From: Callorhinchus milii
Lineage: Eukaryota
Assembly (NCBI RefSeq): GCF_018977255.1
Contig: NW_024704742.1
Location: 35,900,001 to 35,964,000, forward strand
Length of the DNA: 64,000 nucleotides
Direction of reading: 5' to 3'
Shown here: positions 50,932 through 63,779 of the stretch, piece by piece
Layout: every line of letters starts with the position of its first letter
Position numbering within the stretch: the first letter of the stretch is position 1
The notes under the pieces: generated by a model
The model's database searches: none
What the model was told of the DNA's origin: nothing
The model's input: the letters and a program-made list of their open reading frames with translations, nothing else
Made by a program: the position numbers and the translations under genes

Positions 50932-51311
50932 AATAAGCCATTGTATGTTGAAAATAATTTTCAATATTTCTGCCTAATCGATGGACAAATAGATTGCTAC
51001 AGACTGAAGATAGTAGTATTCAACAAATAAAATAGACTGCAATCACCAGCAGATGGGTGAGAATTCCTAAAATAAAGGTGTAATAAATACTCTGATGAAT
51101 TTGAAGGGACTTCCCTGCCATTCCTGTTTCAAAGAAGCATGGATTCTTTCTCTTAGTTGATCTAGTTTACATTCCCCTCCTAATCCACATTTACTCCCCA
51201 GTTTCAATTAACATTGTTTACCCACCTGATTGTTCTTTATGGGATTTTGATGGTGTGGATTAGCTGCCTACATAATAAAATTCACTTCATTTCTTATCAA
51301 TTATGATTTTA

Positions 51312-51625
51312 TGGAGTCCTGTAGCTCAGTGGTTAGAGCACTTGCTTTGCAAGTGGGAGACCTGAGTTCAATTCCAGGCAGAGGGCGAAACCTTGGGCAA
51401 GTTTCCTTACTCCACACACCTAATAATAATCCCTCCAAAAACAATAATAAATTGGTCATTTTCAATCTACGACTGTTTGTGGGACATTGCTGTGCGCAAT
51501 TGGCTGCCGCGTTCGCCCACAAATATACAGTCAATTCACTTTACAGTGTGTTCTGTGAAGCGCTTTGGGACGTCCTCCCGACGTGAAAAGCGCTATATCA
51601 AATACAAGGATTATTATTATTATAT
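51312..51625 (+). mobile_element. Full-length tRNA-derived SINE, short subfamily
   Basis: Near-identical to the copy at 43331. Confidence 0.93.
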
Positions 51626-51911
51626 TATATAATCTGTAAATATAATTATATCAACTAACAATTATTTTCTTTTTACTTGAAGTGTACGTTATAAATTCAT
51701 GGTTGTTATTCTATTATTACAATTAAAACATTCTGATGAAGCTTTTGGGTTATAAAGTAAATGTATTGCCTTTTATTTATAAAAGAGACCAAGTGTTTTA
51801 GAGGGCATTCTAGTGGAGTTAGAATTATTTAGTTCTTCAGTTTTCTTGTGTACTTTGACATTTTGGTAGTTTCAATATTTCTAATCTTCTAATGTTTTGT
51901 TTTTATTGTAG

Positions 51912-52816
51912 GAAATATTGGAGATAAAGCACTGTACATCTTTAATCTGACCTCCCTGACAAAATCTGAAGATGTCTTGTCCGCCACATTGCATTATTTT
52001 GTAGGTGATCTCGTTAATAGTAGTGGCATTTGCCCTTATGCTAAAGGCTGCAGTCGTTATTTACACCGAAAACAAGTCAACGTTCATCTTTCAATCTGGG
52101 GTTTTGCCTCTGCTGGCAATGAAACCAGAACTCTGGGTCACTACATGATCAATACGTCCACTCTCTACAGAGACTTTCTCTCTTGGCAATGGAAGGACAT
52201 CACACAAGTGGTCAACAATGCAAAATTAAACGATGACCTTTTGATTGGAATTGAGATCACTTCAACTGTTCCGAGATCTTGGAAACAACTCCTTTCAAAC
52301 CGATCCCCTTACATCTTGGTGTATGCAAATGACAATGCAATTTCCGAACTGGACACTGTGGTGGGCACACTGCAAAAACAACAGGGCTCCTTTGTCGCCA
52401 TTTTGGCAAATTTAGGAATGTCAGTGACTGACAGGATACCTGAAACCAGAAAGAAACGATCGACGCACCTACTCATGCCATTGCACAACAATGAATTGCC
52501 TGGTGCAGAATATCAGTACAATGAGGATGCTACATCGGCAGCTCGGAGGCCATACAAAAAGATACATCGTCGGCCAGCAGACAGACAGAGGAAAGGAAGA
52601 CAGCGGAAGGGGAGCAGACAGAAACCGCAGACTCTTCAGTTTGATGAGCAGACATTGAGGAAGGCCAGGCGGAGACAGTGGATTGAGCCTAGAAACTGTA
52701 CCCGACGTGATCTGATAGTGGATTTTGCAGACATTGGCTGGAATGAATGGATAATCTCTCCCAAGTCATTTGATGCCTACTACTGTGCAGGTGCTTGCCA
52801 GTTCCCAATGCCACAG
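51912..52816 (+). CDS. BMP3: BMP3 coding exon 2 (prodomain, RKKR 52448-52459, RKARRR 52658-52675, start of the mature TGF-beta domain at Q, 52676)
   Basis: Acceptor ttgtAG, phase 1. LYIFNLTSLTKSE, PYILVYAND, LHNNELPGAEYQY, QTLQFDEQTLRKARRRQWIEPRNC...DFADIGWNEWIISPKSFDAYYCAGACQFPMP. Donor CAG|gtgg. Confidence 0.97.
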
Positions 52817-53471
52817 GTGGGTTTTATTGTCTAAGCTTTCTTCCACTCCTTCTTTAGTTCCCTGTAGTGTGCAGCCTTCGTGCGTAGGTCAGCAGGCAAT
52901 GCATTCCCAGCATCTGTTAAGGCTGCTTTGCAACCAGAGAATAAGAGATGCACTGGAGTGAGCTAGATAGTGCCCAAGAGTCCTAATTGTATTTATTTCT
53001 CTCCGTTCATCAGTGTTAGGTACAACTTTGGTTCTGCTCACTGCCTCCACAGTTTCTTGGAACTCAAGCTCACACCTGCACCTGCTAAGCCACAGCACAC
53101 TACATCAATGTATCAGTGTCCTACTTTGCTGAACAACTCTAAAACTGTTCATACTTTTTTTAAAGACTGTAGTTGGAAAAGACAGCAGGGTGATTCCCTA
53201 TTAAATGGACTGACCTTGGCTGTGTGAGTTTACAATGGGAATTTCCCTGATAATCCTGATTAATGTATGCCATTGGGTTAGTGATGGGGCTACATGAATA
53301 CAGTCAGATTGCACCCTTTATCTTTGGGAATCAATCTCTGCAGCTGATGGTTCCTGCTTTGGTGAATTTAGCAGAATTCTTAGTCGAACAGGGTTTCTTC
53401 GAACAGGTTAGCCCTTTGTCACAGTGATTCACAGTACCACACAGCACACAAGCAAAATCCGAAATGTACAG

Positions 53472-53826
53472 TGGAGTCATGTAACTCAGTGGTTAGAACA
53501 CTTGCCTCGCAAGCGAGAGACCTGTGTTCGTTTTCCAGCAAGGCGAAATGTTGGGCAAGTTTCCTTAGTCCACACACCTTTGTTTACCGAGCAGTAAGTA
53601 GGAACCCGGTTGTTAGTCGATTGACAGATCACTTTTCCGGGAATAATAATTCCTTAAAACAATAATAAATCACGACTGTTTGTGGGACGCTGTTGTGCAC
53701 AATTGGCTGCTGAGTTTCACCCACAAAATATACAGTCAATTCACTTTACGGTATATTATGTGAAGCGCTTTGAGACGTCTCAAAAACGTGATAAGGTGCT
53801 ATATCAAATGCAAGGATTATTATTAT
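53472..53826 (+). mobile_element. Full-length tRNA-derived SINE, long subfamily, in BMP3 intron 2
   Basis: Same head and tail as the short subfamily plus an extra internal segment (about 53578-53640); flanked by a TACAG(TGG) direct repeat. Confidence 0.9.
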
Positions 53827-54252
53827 TACAGTGGGTATTTTGAAGACTTCCACTGACAGAACAGTTATGAGCAATGGGAATACAGTTCTAATGGAGAAGG
53901 GAGATATGTCCCGTCAGAATTTCATAGATCCAGCTGGCACACTTTCGTCACAACCTGCTGAACCTGCTTAGGCACTGCTACACTGGCATATCACTAAAAC
54001 TCTCTCGTGTGGTAGAATGACTGGGACAGTGTTGCGAACCTCCAAAATTCTCTCTATACTTCTGGACTTTCCTCTCCCCTTCACTTGCATATGCCTGACA
54101 GATTACTCCATCCATGATCTCCGTCACAAAAATCGTGTGTCCATTTTTGGTCTTAATATTCACCTCCAACGCTTAACTTATCAGCTTTATTGTCCTCATG
54201 GACACTTGAGGCCCAGAATTCAATCTACTCTTATTCTTAGCTTCTTTCATCC

Positions 54253-54401
54253 TAAAATTTTAGATTACACAGAATTGTGGAAAATTCTGAAATTCAGTCT
54301 TAATTTAAAAGCTGGTTTGCTGCAGTTCTTAAACAGAAAAAGCTTCTAAATTAGGACCATATTTAAGAATTTTCCACAATACTCCCCAATCTTAAATTTT
54401 A
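54253..54401. mobile_element. Palindromic MITE-like element; related half copy at about 33155-33290
   Basis: Left arm TAAAATTTTAGATT..ATTGTGGAAAATTCTGAAAT..GTCTTAATTTAAAAGCT mirrors right arm AGCTTCTAAATTAGGAC..ATTTAAGAATTTTCCACAAT..AATCTTAAATTTTA. Confidence 0.7.
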
Positions 54402-54898
54402 AGAGCAATAGTTTTACAGTCGATTACGTGGGAGAAATTCAGGTGTCAGGTTTGAACTGAAGATGAACAAGCCTTCTCTTCTTAACTGCAAAAGTTTTGA
54501 TTAACTGTTGTTGTTACTCATCGGTCTGTATGAGATGTTCAAACTGCATGACATGTAAATGTTTACACATACCAACTTGGTGACAAAAACTTTCACGAAC
54601 CCGATGACAGACAGACACCTCTTATAATAGCTGCTGCACACTCTCTACGAATTAATAATTAATAATTATAATATAATTAATTAATAATTAAAAGGTCCTG
54701 TGTGTTATGTGTGGATTTATGATTTACCCTGATTTACACCAGTTGTCAAGAGTGGCCTCACAGTTTGTCAGTCCTATTTTATTGATCGGGGTTTGAAAGG
54801 AAGTTGAAAAGATGAAAATGTAAAATAATGTTCAGAAAACAAATGGCAATAATTTTTTCCCTCTATCTGTCTCTCTCTCTATCTCTCTCGATCATCAG

Positions 54899-55090
54899 TC
54901 TTTAAGACCTTCAAACCATGCTACGATTCAGAGTATAGTGAGAGCAGTTGGTGTTGTCCCAGGGATTCCCGAGCCGTGCTGCGTGCCCGAAGAAATGTCA
55001 CCAATCGTCATCCTGTTTATGGACGAGAATGAAGATGTGATTCTCAAATCCTACCCGAACATGAAGGTGGAGTCGTGTGCCTGTAGATAA
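54899..55090 (+). CDS. BMP3: BMP3 coding exon 3 (C-terminal cystine knot)
   Basis: (CT)n polypyrimidine tract and cAG acceptor, phase 0. [63 protein letters not shown]. Not in the ORF track. Confidence 0.97.
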   Translation, partial: SLRPSNHATIQSIVRAVGVVPGIPEPCCVPEEMSPIVILFMDENEDVILKSYPNMKVESCACR

Positions 55091-55844
55091 CTGCCACAGT
55101 GTGAGGACTGAGTCTGGAGTTGCACTGCTGGAATTTGTGTTTCTTTTGTTTGTTTTTTTCATTTTGAATGAGAAAAGGACATTTTGATTAAGTCTTCCAT
55201 CAAATGAAAACTGAATGGTGCCCTTCTATGAAAGGAATTAAAGAAATAATTTATCCTGCTCTTTATGGAACTTTATCACCTGTGTTAAAAAAATGCAGTT
55301 CTTTGAATGGACACTAGCAAATACTCAGGATTCTGAGATCGACATCTTTTCAGTCCTTAATGACTGGTAAATACAAAATAACATAGCACTTCAACAGATA
55401 TTGTGTTTTACGGGCTATTATGCAGTTTGATTCTCTTATTCCCACCAAAAAAAATTGTGCAATGAGCATTTATCATAATGGGTCACTCTTCATTGCAGTA
55501 CAAACTTAGGTAAACTTACAAACTCAGCCTTTGAAATATAAAGTAGCTTTTGAACCAAATGCAAAACTATTTCTAGTAAAAGATTTTTCATTTTATTTGT
55601 TGAATTACATGAACACAGAAATGTTCTATATCTGATATGTTGTTTAATGTTATAACATTTGTGGTCAACCTCATGCAACATTTCAAACTGATGAAGAAGT
55701 TCATACTCAACAGGCATTGATTCAGAAATATTCATTGCAGCCAGGTTCAAACAGGCAAACCATATCCAATGGTGCCAGCGCTGTCTTCAGGAAAGGTCTG
55801 GGAGCCAATCCAGCAATAATGGAATTGATGGTGAGTCAGTCACT

Positions 55845-56200
55845 TGTGTCACACACCTCTTCACCCTGAATTGAATTCAAATCCATTCACCTCCCTACCT
55901 CTCCGACCCCCTCACTCCCCAATCCACTACCCAGCACCTCCTGCTCGTCCCTCGCACCCTCCGCCTTACCATCAGAGGTCGCGCTTTCAGCCACTATTTC
56001 CCCAAACCCTGGAACACTCTCCCTCAATCCCTCCGCCTTGCCCCCTCTCTCCCCTCTTTCAATGCATGCCTGAAAACTTTCCTCCTCAACTGTACTTATG
56101 GCCACCTCGCCTCGGCTCGGAGTCAGGCTACGCCATTGTTAAGCGCTCTGAGACCCTCCCCTGTGTGCAGGGCGCTATATAAGTGCAAGTTGTTGCTGTT
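55845..56200 (+). mobile_element. L2 LINE 3' fragment downstream of the BMP3 stop codon
   Basis: GGTCGCGCTTTCAGCC..CTGGAAC..GGGCGCTATATAAGTGCAAGTTGTTG tail. Confidence 0.85.
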
Positions 56201-56447
56201 GAAGTGACGCCATTTAACTGGCTCATGTTGTACTCTTTACCACAAGTCAGAAAAGCAGCAAAGATAACTCTGAGGCATGATACCTACTTACACAACACTA
56301 TCAGATCTGCAAAAAGTATCCATCGCATTCACTCTAATAAAGTATAGTCTTGCTCATATGAAAAAATGTGCAGTAATGCAATAAATGTAACACAATCTCC
56401 AAAGTAATTTCGACTGATGATAATGTAAGTATCACCTGTTGAAATTG

Positions 56448-56751
56448 TGGAGTCCTATAGATCAGTGGTTAGAGCACTCGCACGCAAGAGACCTGGGTTC
56501 CATTTCCGGCAGGCCGAAACCTTGGGCACGTTTCCTTATTCCACAAGCTTGATAATAATCCCTCAGGAAAATTTTTTAAAAATTGCTCACTTCAATCCAC
56601 AACTGTTTGTGGGACACTGCTGTGCACAACTGGCTGCCGCATTTCGCCCACAAATATACAGTCAATTCACTTTACAGTATATTCTGTGAAGCGCTTTGAG
56701 ATGCCTAGAAGACGTGAGAAGTGCTATATCGAATGCAAGGATTATTATTAT
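56448..56751 (+). mobile_element. tRNA-derived SINE, diverged
   Basis: TGGAGTCCTATAGATCAGTGGTTAGAGCAC head through the GCAAGGATTATTATTA tail. Confidence 0.88.
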
Positions 56752-59154
56752 GAAGTACATGCTTGGCAGCATTGATTGTGCTATTTGTTCCCAACAACCT
56801 AAATGTTTCATATGGTTTTAGGTGGCAAACACAAAGTGAGAATAAATAAATTATCACCATAGATTCACAATGGCTCTAAATTGCTGCATCCCTATGTGGG
56901 GTTTTCACTATATATTTTTCAGTGAATCTTGGGATGCTCTTTGTGACATCCTCCTGACATGAAAGGTGTTACATCAAAGTACAAGCATTCCATATCTAAT
57001 AATGGCCATGTCTGATAGACTAAAATAGCCAGAAAAATACCTTGGATGGTGTTTTTTATTCCTTATTCAGACTAAACAGACAGAAGTAAGCTCAAACAGG
57101 CAGCACATCCAAATGTTGTGCCTTTCATTATGCTCAAAATCTTCAGTTCTGCATGAATACTTCTGATTGATGAATTGGAAGTCATTTATAACTATCTCAC
57201 CAGGAATATTTTTACATCCAAAGTGTCTTCTGAATTACTTTGTTAAGACAAGTTTAATGTTGCTGCATAGCGGAATCATGGTGAAGTTTAGCTTCTAGTG
57301 CAAAATTGCTGTGTAACCTTCCAATGGATAAGGCGTAGATGAACATTTTCAGTACCTGCAGGTGACCCTAGTGATTATACCTAAGTCCCACTCTTTGGAA
57401 AGAGCAGCTTACAGCCCTGCTTTACACCTCCATTCTCTATGTGTAATCCTGAAGGATGAAAGACATAAAATGGGCATGGTGTGAACTTTCCATCTTCAGC
57501 GATACTTTCGTCACTTTTTTTTAAACTGGGATGGTCTCTAATGTGAGTTCCAGCTTTGTATTGAAACCACTGTCCTATAGCAGACATCTCTGAAGTGATT
57601 AAATATATTCATAAAAGTAATTAACTCAAAGGATGGTCTATCAGAATCAGGCTTTGCTGACACTTATTGTTGCAATCTGCTTGTCAGCCCAAATCTCAAC
57701 TACAGACCAAGACTAGAAATAATTGATAATGGAAGCAAGTGGACCAAGTTATAGGCCTTGTTCTATACTTGGCTGTTTTGAATGAGATTGACTGGGTAAG
57801 ACTCCAGGCACAATGAATGTGGGGCTACATCTGATCAAGTCCTCTATGTGAATCTGGAGCCAAGTGGAGTCAGAGATGTTAACACTGACCTTTGAGAATG
57901 CCTTAGAGTATTATATTTTAATCAGCAGACATAGTAAAGCATGCTATACTCTTATCCACTTGGGTAATGCATCATCTTCCATATTGTTTCTTCCAATGCG
58001 CAGTATAAGTTACCTGGGTTTTACTTTCCCATTGATTCCACAGTTCTGTCCCAGATCCAACAATATCAATAGTTTCCACTAGTTTCTTTTGCATCTCTTT
58101 TGTTCCTCTGTATAAGCATGCAATTATCAGTCATTCTGGCAGAGGAAGATATTTTATAATCATTTATAAAAAAGTAACCACCTATGTAATTTTTCAACAA
58201 TATTTTTAATTCAAATGTATTTTCACATTTTAGCAGGTGCATACGCTGAATATTTGTAATGCTGGGTTGTGTATATAGTTCTATATTCGAGTTGCTACAA
58301 ATATAAACATGGACAGTTAATTGCCAAAAAATTGCCAATTGAAAGATTATTAAATGAATGTGTCCTATTTTTCAACCTTATTCCCATCAGAATTGGCCAG
58401 TTTATAATAAATTAAATCTAGCATTAATAAAATTGCATGTTTTCATATAAAAAATGCTTGTTTTGAAAATATATTTTATTACAGAGACAACTGTATAGCA
58501 GTTTGTCTGTGTATCATCCATTTTTTTGAAAGGGTAAATAACAACCAAATTGCCAACTAATTCAATTTTAAAAAAGCGTAATTATTCTTTATTCAAATGT
58601 TGCATAAAATAATACAATTGTTTCCATTGTTAACTCTGACCATAAAAAGACAATATTTAAGGATGAATGAAATTATATTGGCTGTGTAATGTTTAAAGTC
58701 ATTTGTATGTCTATTAACATTTATCAAAATGATACTTTATTGCAGTGTCTTTCGGTTTGTGCGTTATCTTGTATTTGACTGTAGCAGATTTAAGAAATCA
58801 AAATTTCATTCATTTGTAAAGAATTTTCTGTAAACATTGAGTTGATATGTAATATTGTACAATATGTTTTAAAATAGTACATATTTGTATATGGAAAGAA
58901 ACCCTGTTGATTTTTTTTTAATTTATTTTATATTGGTGGCAGTTTGGGTTTTTTGTTGCACAGTTTCAATTTTTGGTTGCAGAAATGTGTATTAAGACTG
59001 TCAGAGGACAACAAAAAGAGCTTCAAAACCTGAACACTTCAAAGCATCTGAACTGAAACTGTGAAGGGCACTTGTCACTACTGATGTCTAAGCTTCCTTG
59101 TTTTACGATGGTTTATTGCATTAATGGCAACCTTCATCACAATCTTTGAAAGTG

Positions 59155-59181
59155 AATAAATTTAGTTATGCAACTAATAAA
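59155..59181 (+). other. Candidate distal BMP3 polyadenylation signals (two AATAAA)
   Basis: AATAAA at 59155 and 59176, following an AU/TGTA-rich stretch typical of distal 3' UTRs. More proximal AATAAA sites also exist. Confidence 0.35.
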
Positions 59182-59454
59182 ATCACAATAATTTCCTTGC
59201 CATGTTTTATCAGCAGTAAATCCTGAAATCCTATGATTTTCAAAGCTAGCTTGTTTGCCCATATAATGTTGTACTGTGTGTTACAGCCACATTGATGTTT
59301 TGTAGCAATTTGTAAAGTGTGCCATATTGATTAATATAGTTTTTTCCTTAATTCTTAATGCAGATCTCTTCAGGTTAACCCAGAGACTGCCAGTAGCTCT
59401 AGAGGAACTTCAGTCTCCCTAAGCCAAGCTGTTCTGCCAATTTTTATCTCACTC

Positions 59455-59760
59455 AATTCTAGAGATGAGAAGATAGAGGTGTTTAAAATTATAAGAGAGT
59501 TCAATTAGGCGAATTCTACTTGATGGTGAGTCCAAAACAAGAGGAATCAATATAAGATAGCTTGTAGCAGATCTAAGGGGGAGTTTACACAGAACATGTT
59601 GTGAATGTTGAACTCATTTGAGGAAGCTGTGGTTGAAGCAGAAAGCATTAAGCTATTTAAGAGAAAACTCAAAGAGAATAGAGGGGTATGAAAGAGGGAA
59701 TATGGAGGGTGGAGACTCATACACAGTATAAACACTGAACTAGTTTCCATGTTGTATGGT
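59455..59760 (+). mobile_element. CR1-like LINE 3' remnant
   Basis: ATAGAGGTGTTTAAAATTATAA (IEVFKII)...TTTACACAGA..GTTGTGAATG..GTGGTTGAAGCAGA..TTTAAGAGAAAACT, typical of a CR1 ORF2 end. Confidence 0.6.
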
Positions 59761-60465
59761 CTATTTAATTATTTGATGAAGATGATAATACTAATGACAG
59801 TAATAAAGCTGTTAAAATATGAGGTACAAGTTGCAGTGTGGGACTATCCAAATTCACATTGCTTGACAAGTCACCAACCACAAAGTTACTTGGGCAGATG
59901 ACTTGTGCTAGAAACACTGATAGCATTCACAAAGTCTAAGCAAATGAAGTGAGACGTCCTACAGGGCGAGAGATTCATTTTCATGGGAAAAAGTGTATCA
60001 CGCAATGGTAATTGAAACTATGCCGGAAGCAAAGATTCAAAAAATGGCAAAGGTAAAAGGCAGAATTGGACCCTTGAAAGCATCTAGCCACAGTGATGGC
60101 ATCACTGAAGCTAATCCCATATGGTGCTGCATCTCAAGGGTGTTTGATTAGAAGCCCTGTGTAATTCTTTGGTAGGGTTGCGTTACGTACAGTTCTGATT
60201 ACCTGGCATCAACAGAGCATTGATATATTACGAAGAGTTCAGAAAAGAACGTAAAGCATAATTCAGGGAGTAAGACCTTGTCAAGTTACTTCTGAAAATT
60301 AGAGTAATTTTGCAGTTGTTTGAGTAATCTTTGATGTTTATAATACTATTGTAGAAGAACGTTTTTAACAGTGTCTAAAGTGATAGTTATCTGTGAAATT
60401 CTTTTTGGACTTCTACTTTTACTATTTCTTCATACACATACAAAATCACTAGATTGGTTCAGATG

Positions 60466-61745
60466 GACAACAACAACAAAATTTCATTTGTAAAGCGCCT
60501 TTCACATCGGGAGGATATACCAAGGCGCTGAACAGACAGAGTTTCGGACCTGAGCTGGGGGTCGGGGAGGGTGGAGGGCAGGGAGGGGGGCAGGGAGATT
60601 GAAAGCACTGTCGAAGAGGAGGGTCTTGAGATGGGACTTGAAGGTGGTAAGGGAGGGGGTGAGGCAGAAGGACTGCAGGATGGAATTCCAGAGAGTGGGG
60701 GCAGAGTGGCAGAAGGCCCACCCGCTAATAGTGGGGCGAGCGACGTGAAGCAGGCCGGAACCCGCCGAGCGGAGGGAGCGAGCAGGTTTAGGAAGTCGCA
60801 GAGGTGGGTGGGAGTAAGACCATGAAGGGCTTTGAAGGTGAGGACTAGGATCTTGAATTGTATTCTCTGTGAGATGGGAAGCCAGTGGACTCAGACAAGG
60901 ATGGGGGTGATAGGGTCATGGAGCCTGGTGCAGGAGAGGACACTGTCGCAGAGTTCTGGATGATATGCAGCCTGTGGAGGAAGGAGTTGGGGAGGCCAAC
61001 AAGCAGTGAGTTTGCATAGTCAAGCCTGGATGTAATGAAAGCATATATGAAGGTTTTGGCGGTCTGCGGTGTGAGACAGTGGCGGAGCCGGGCGATGTTG
61101 CGGAGGTGAGGAAAGGCAGAGCGGGTCATGGTGCAGATGTGGGGTAGAAAGGATAGTTGAGGGTCAAACAAGAATCCAATGTTCCAGACTGGTTTAGCAA
61201 GGTGGAGTGTTCAACCATGGATGGTGATGCTGTCAGCGCCTGAAGTGAGGAGGCGCTGACAGGAGCCAATCAGGAGAGCCTCGATTTTGTTGATGTTCAA
61301 CTGAAGAAAGTTCACTCTCATCCAGGACTTGATGTCTGACAGACATTCTGTCAGGACAGCAGTGGTCCTGGAATCAAGGGTGGAGACAGAGAGATACAGT
61401 TGGGTGTCATCCGCATACATGTGGAAGTTGACCCCATGTCTGCGGATGATGTCACCAAGTGGGAGCATATAGATGTTGAAGAAGAGGGGACCAAGAACGG
61501 AGCCCTGAGGAAAGCCGCACAAGATGGTGCAGAGGCTAGAGGAAAGGCCGTTTGTGGAGATGAAGTGGAGGCGGTGTGAAAGGTACAATCTGAACCAATC
61601 AAGGACAGAGCCATGAAGGTTGAGGTGAGAGAAGAGGTGGATGAGGATAGAGTGGTCGACGGGTGTGGAAGGCAGCAGAGAGGTCAAGGAGGATGAAGAG
61701 GCAAAGGGAGCCCTGGTCATAGATGGACAGAATGTCATAAACAAG
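60466..61745 (-). mobile_element. L2 LINE, 5'-truncated RT and 3' UTR
   Basis: LLDLSAAF, GFPQGSVLGPLFFNIYMLPLG, MYADDTQLY, WMRVNFLQLN and AFITSRLDY motifs; stem-loop and (CAA)n at 60466-60520. Confidence 0.95.
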
Positions 61746-62199
61746 GCCCTTCAGCTCATTTGATCTCATCCTTTCAGAATACCTTCTGGCTAATGAAATA
61801 CTTCCTGGTGTCTTCCCTAAAATTGCCCTTTGCACCCCTGAACCTTTCCTCTCTTGTTTTATTTTCTATGTATGTATCTGAAAGTGTTTTTTCTGGATTT
61901 ACTTCATCAATTTCATTTCGCTCTTTATAATAATTCATACATTTGGTATAGCAGCTTCCACATCAAAAGGATGCCTCCAAGTGCTTCATAAGGTATACTT
62001 TAAAGTGTAATGACTGTGTGTTTGGTGGGTAAATATATATGTTTAGATAGGTCTCCTTTGAAATAACTCTTTACCAGTGCTCTCTCCTTATGTTTTTCCT
62101 GTAAACTCAATCTGTTTTTCTTATGTATTAATATTTTAACTGATTCACTCATTAGTTTTCAACAATGCTTATTTAACTTACACATAACATCCTTTTATT

Positions 62200-62930
62200 A
62201 TGGTCAGCTGTCTGTCTGACAACATGGATACCTATCACCAAGCTTAGTCCTCTCCAAACCAAACTACTGAGGATTCCACATATGTATAGCTTCTGTTTAC
62301 CTGTTGTCGAGTGTGCACTCTCTGCTGGAGGGAAGCACTCTGGTAGAGTGTTTAGGTGCAAAGATTTGGGGATGCCAGAGTATGCATTGATGTACTGCTG
62401 GAGTTCAATCGGTTACAACTATGCACTTTGCCATTGCAAACACTGGATAGCTTCCTGCTCCTTGTCCAGGTAGGACCACCTTCTTACCCATTGGCCTGCA
62501 GGGTTAATAGAATCCCAGTAGGAAGAATCCCATCCTCAGTGACTGGTCTATCCCTTTACTAATGAGTCATACTGGCTAGTCCATTGTCAACAGTGTCTCG
62601 GAGTACTGCGGACCTGCCTGGTACAGGAATCGGACGAAGTCCACCACAGAGGATTGACTTACAACTATTCATTAAATGCTCTTGAGCATGTTCTCCACTT
62701 CTTGCTTCACTCATTGTTTGAACAATGAAACAACACTATCTATTCCTTCAGTCTACAGGTACGGAATCTATATTTAAAGAGCTCCTGTTAATATAACTGA
62801 GGGCTTCACCTAATCCCTCTTTCTATTTGTCCGGATTCTGGGAGTGTTGCATCGGGTCCAAGTTGCCTGCATATATTTAGCTCCTTGAGCTTCTTCAAAA
62901 CGTGCTTTACTGATTCCTGAGCTAACATAA
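62200..62930 (-). mobile_element. Highly decayed CR1-like LINE RT fragment
   Basis: Minus-strand VLKKLKELNICRQLGPD resembles (V..L..L...K..GPD); PGRS and LNTLPEC remnants follow in the expected order. Confidence 0.5.
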
Positions 62931-63779
62931 TTAGATCCAGAATTTGTTAGTTATCTATAATATGGATCATCTGGTCATCTATGGAAAAGAAGCTGGGAAT
63001 GCTTGGGTTAAGTTTAAAAAAAAGATATTATTAACACCAAAAGAATGGCACAAACCCTTGTTATAGCAATCATTTACGAGCAAAGGCAGTGCTTATTGAC
63101 ACCAAAGTTGTTTTCTACACAAAGGTAAGTCATTGAACTGGATTACACAACGATTTTGTGAATTCCATTTCGATAACACGTGTTTAAATTGGAAAACAAT
63201 CTGACTGGAAATCATCCACTTTCCCATAGATCAGCACATTATTGATTTGTTTTTTCTCTAAATAGAGTGAAATTTTCAAATTCTAAAAGAAACTTGAATT
63301 GTGACTTTTCATGCAACACTTCCAGTTATAATAAACACCCAGACATGATGGCACTATAATTGTTCTCAGTGACTGAATGATGGAAAGGCAAAAGGTAGCC
63401 AGGGTACCTTATCTGGGTTGTCTATGGATTTCTGCAGGTTTGGTTTAACAGGTGTGATCAGGATTTGGTTTCACTTGATGGACTCATGGTTTGTGGCCGC
63501 TTCTACCACAAAATATACAGTCAATCCACTTTACCATATATTGTGTGAAGAGCTTTGAGACATCTCAATGATGTGATAAGGTGCCATATCAAAGGCAAGG
63601 ATTATTATTATTATTGAATAATCTACCAGTTCTCGCTATTTGGGATCATACATCAAGAGAAGCCTTTTGGATGTGATTTAATAATATTTCTCTTATATAA
63701 CTCTAATATTGGGTACCACTAAGCCTCAGCAGTACTTCCACACATTGGCCTTAATATGGTTTCCTACTATTCTAACTTA

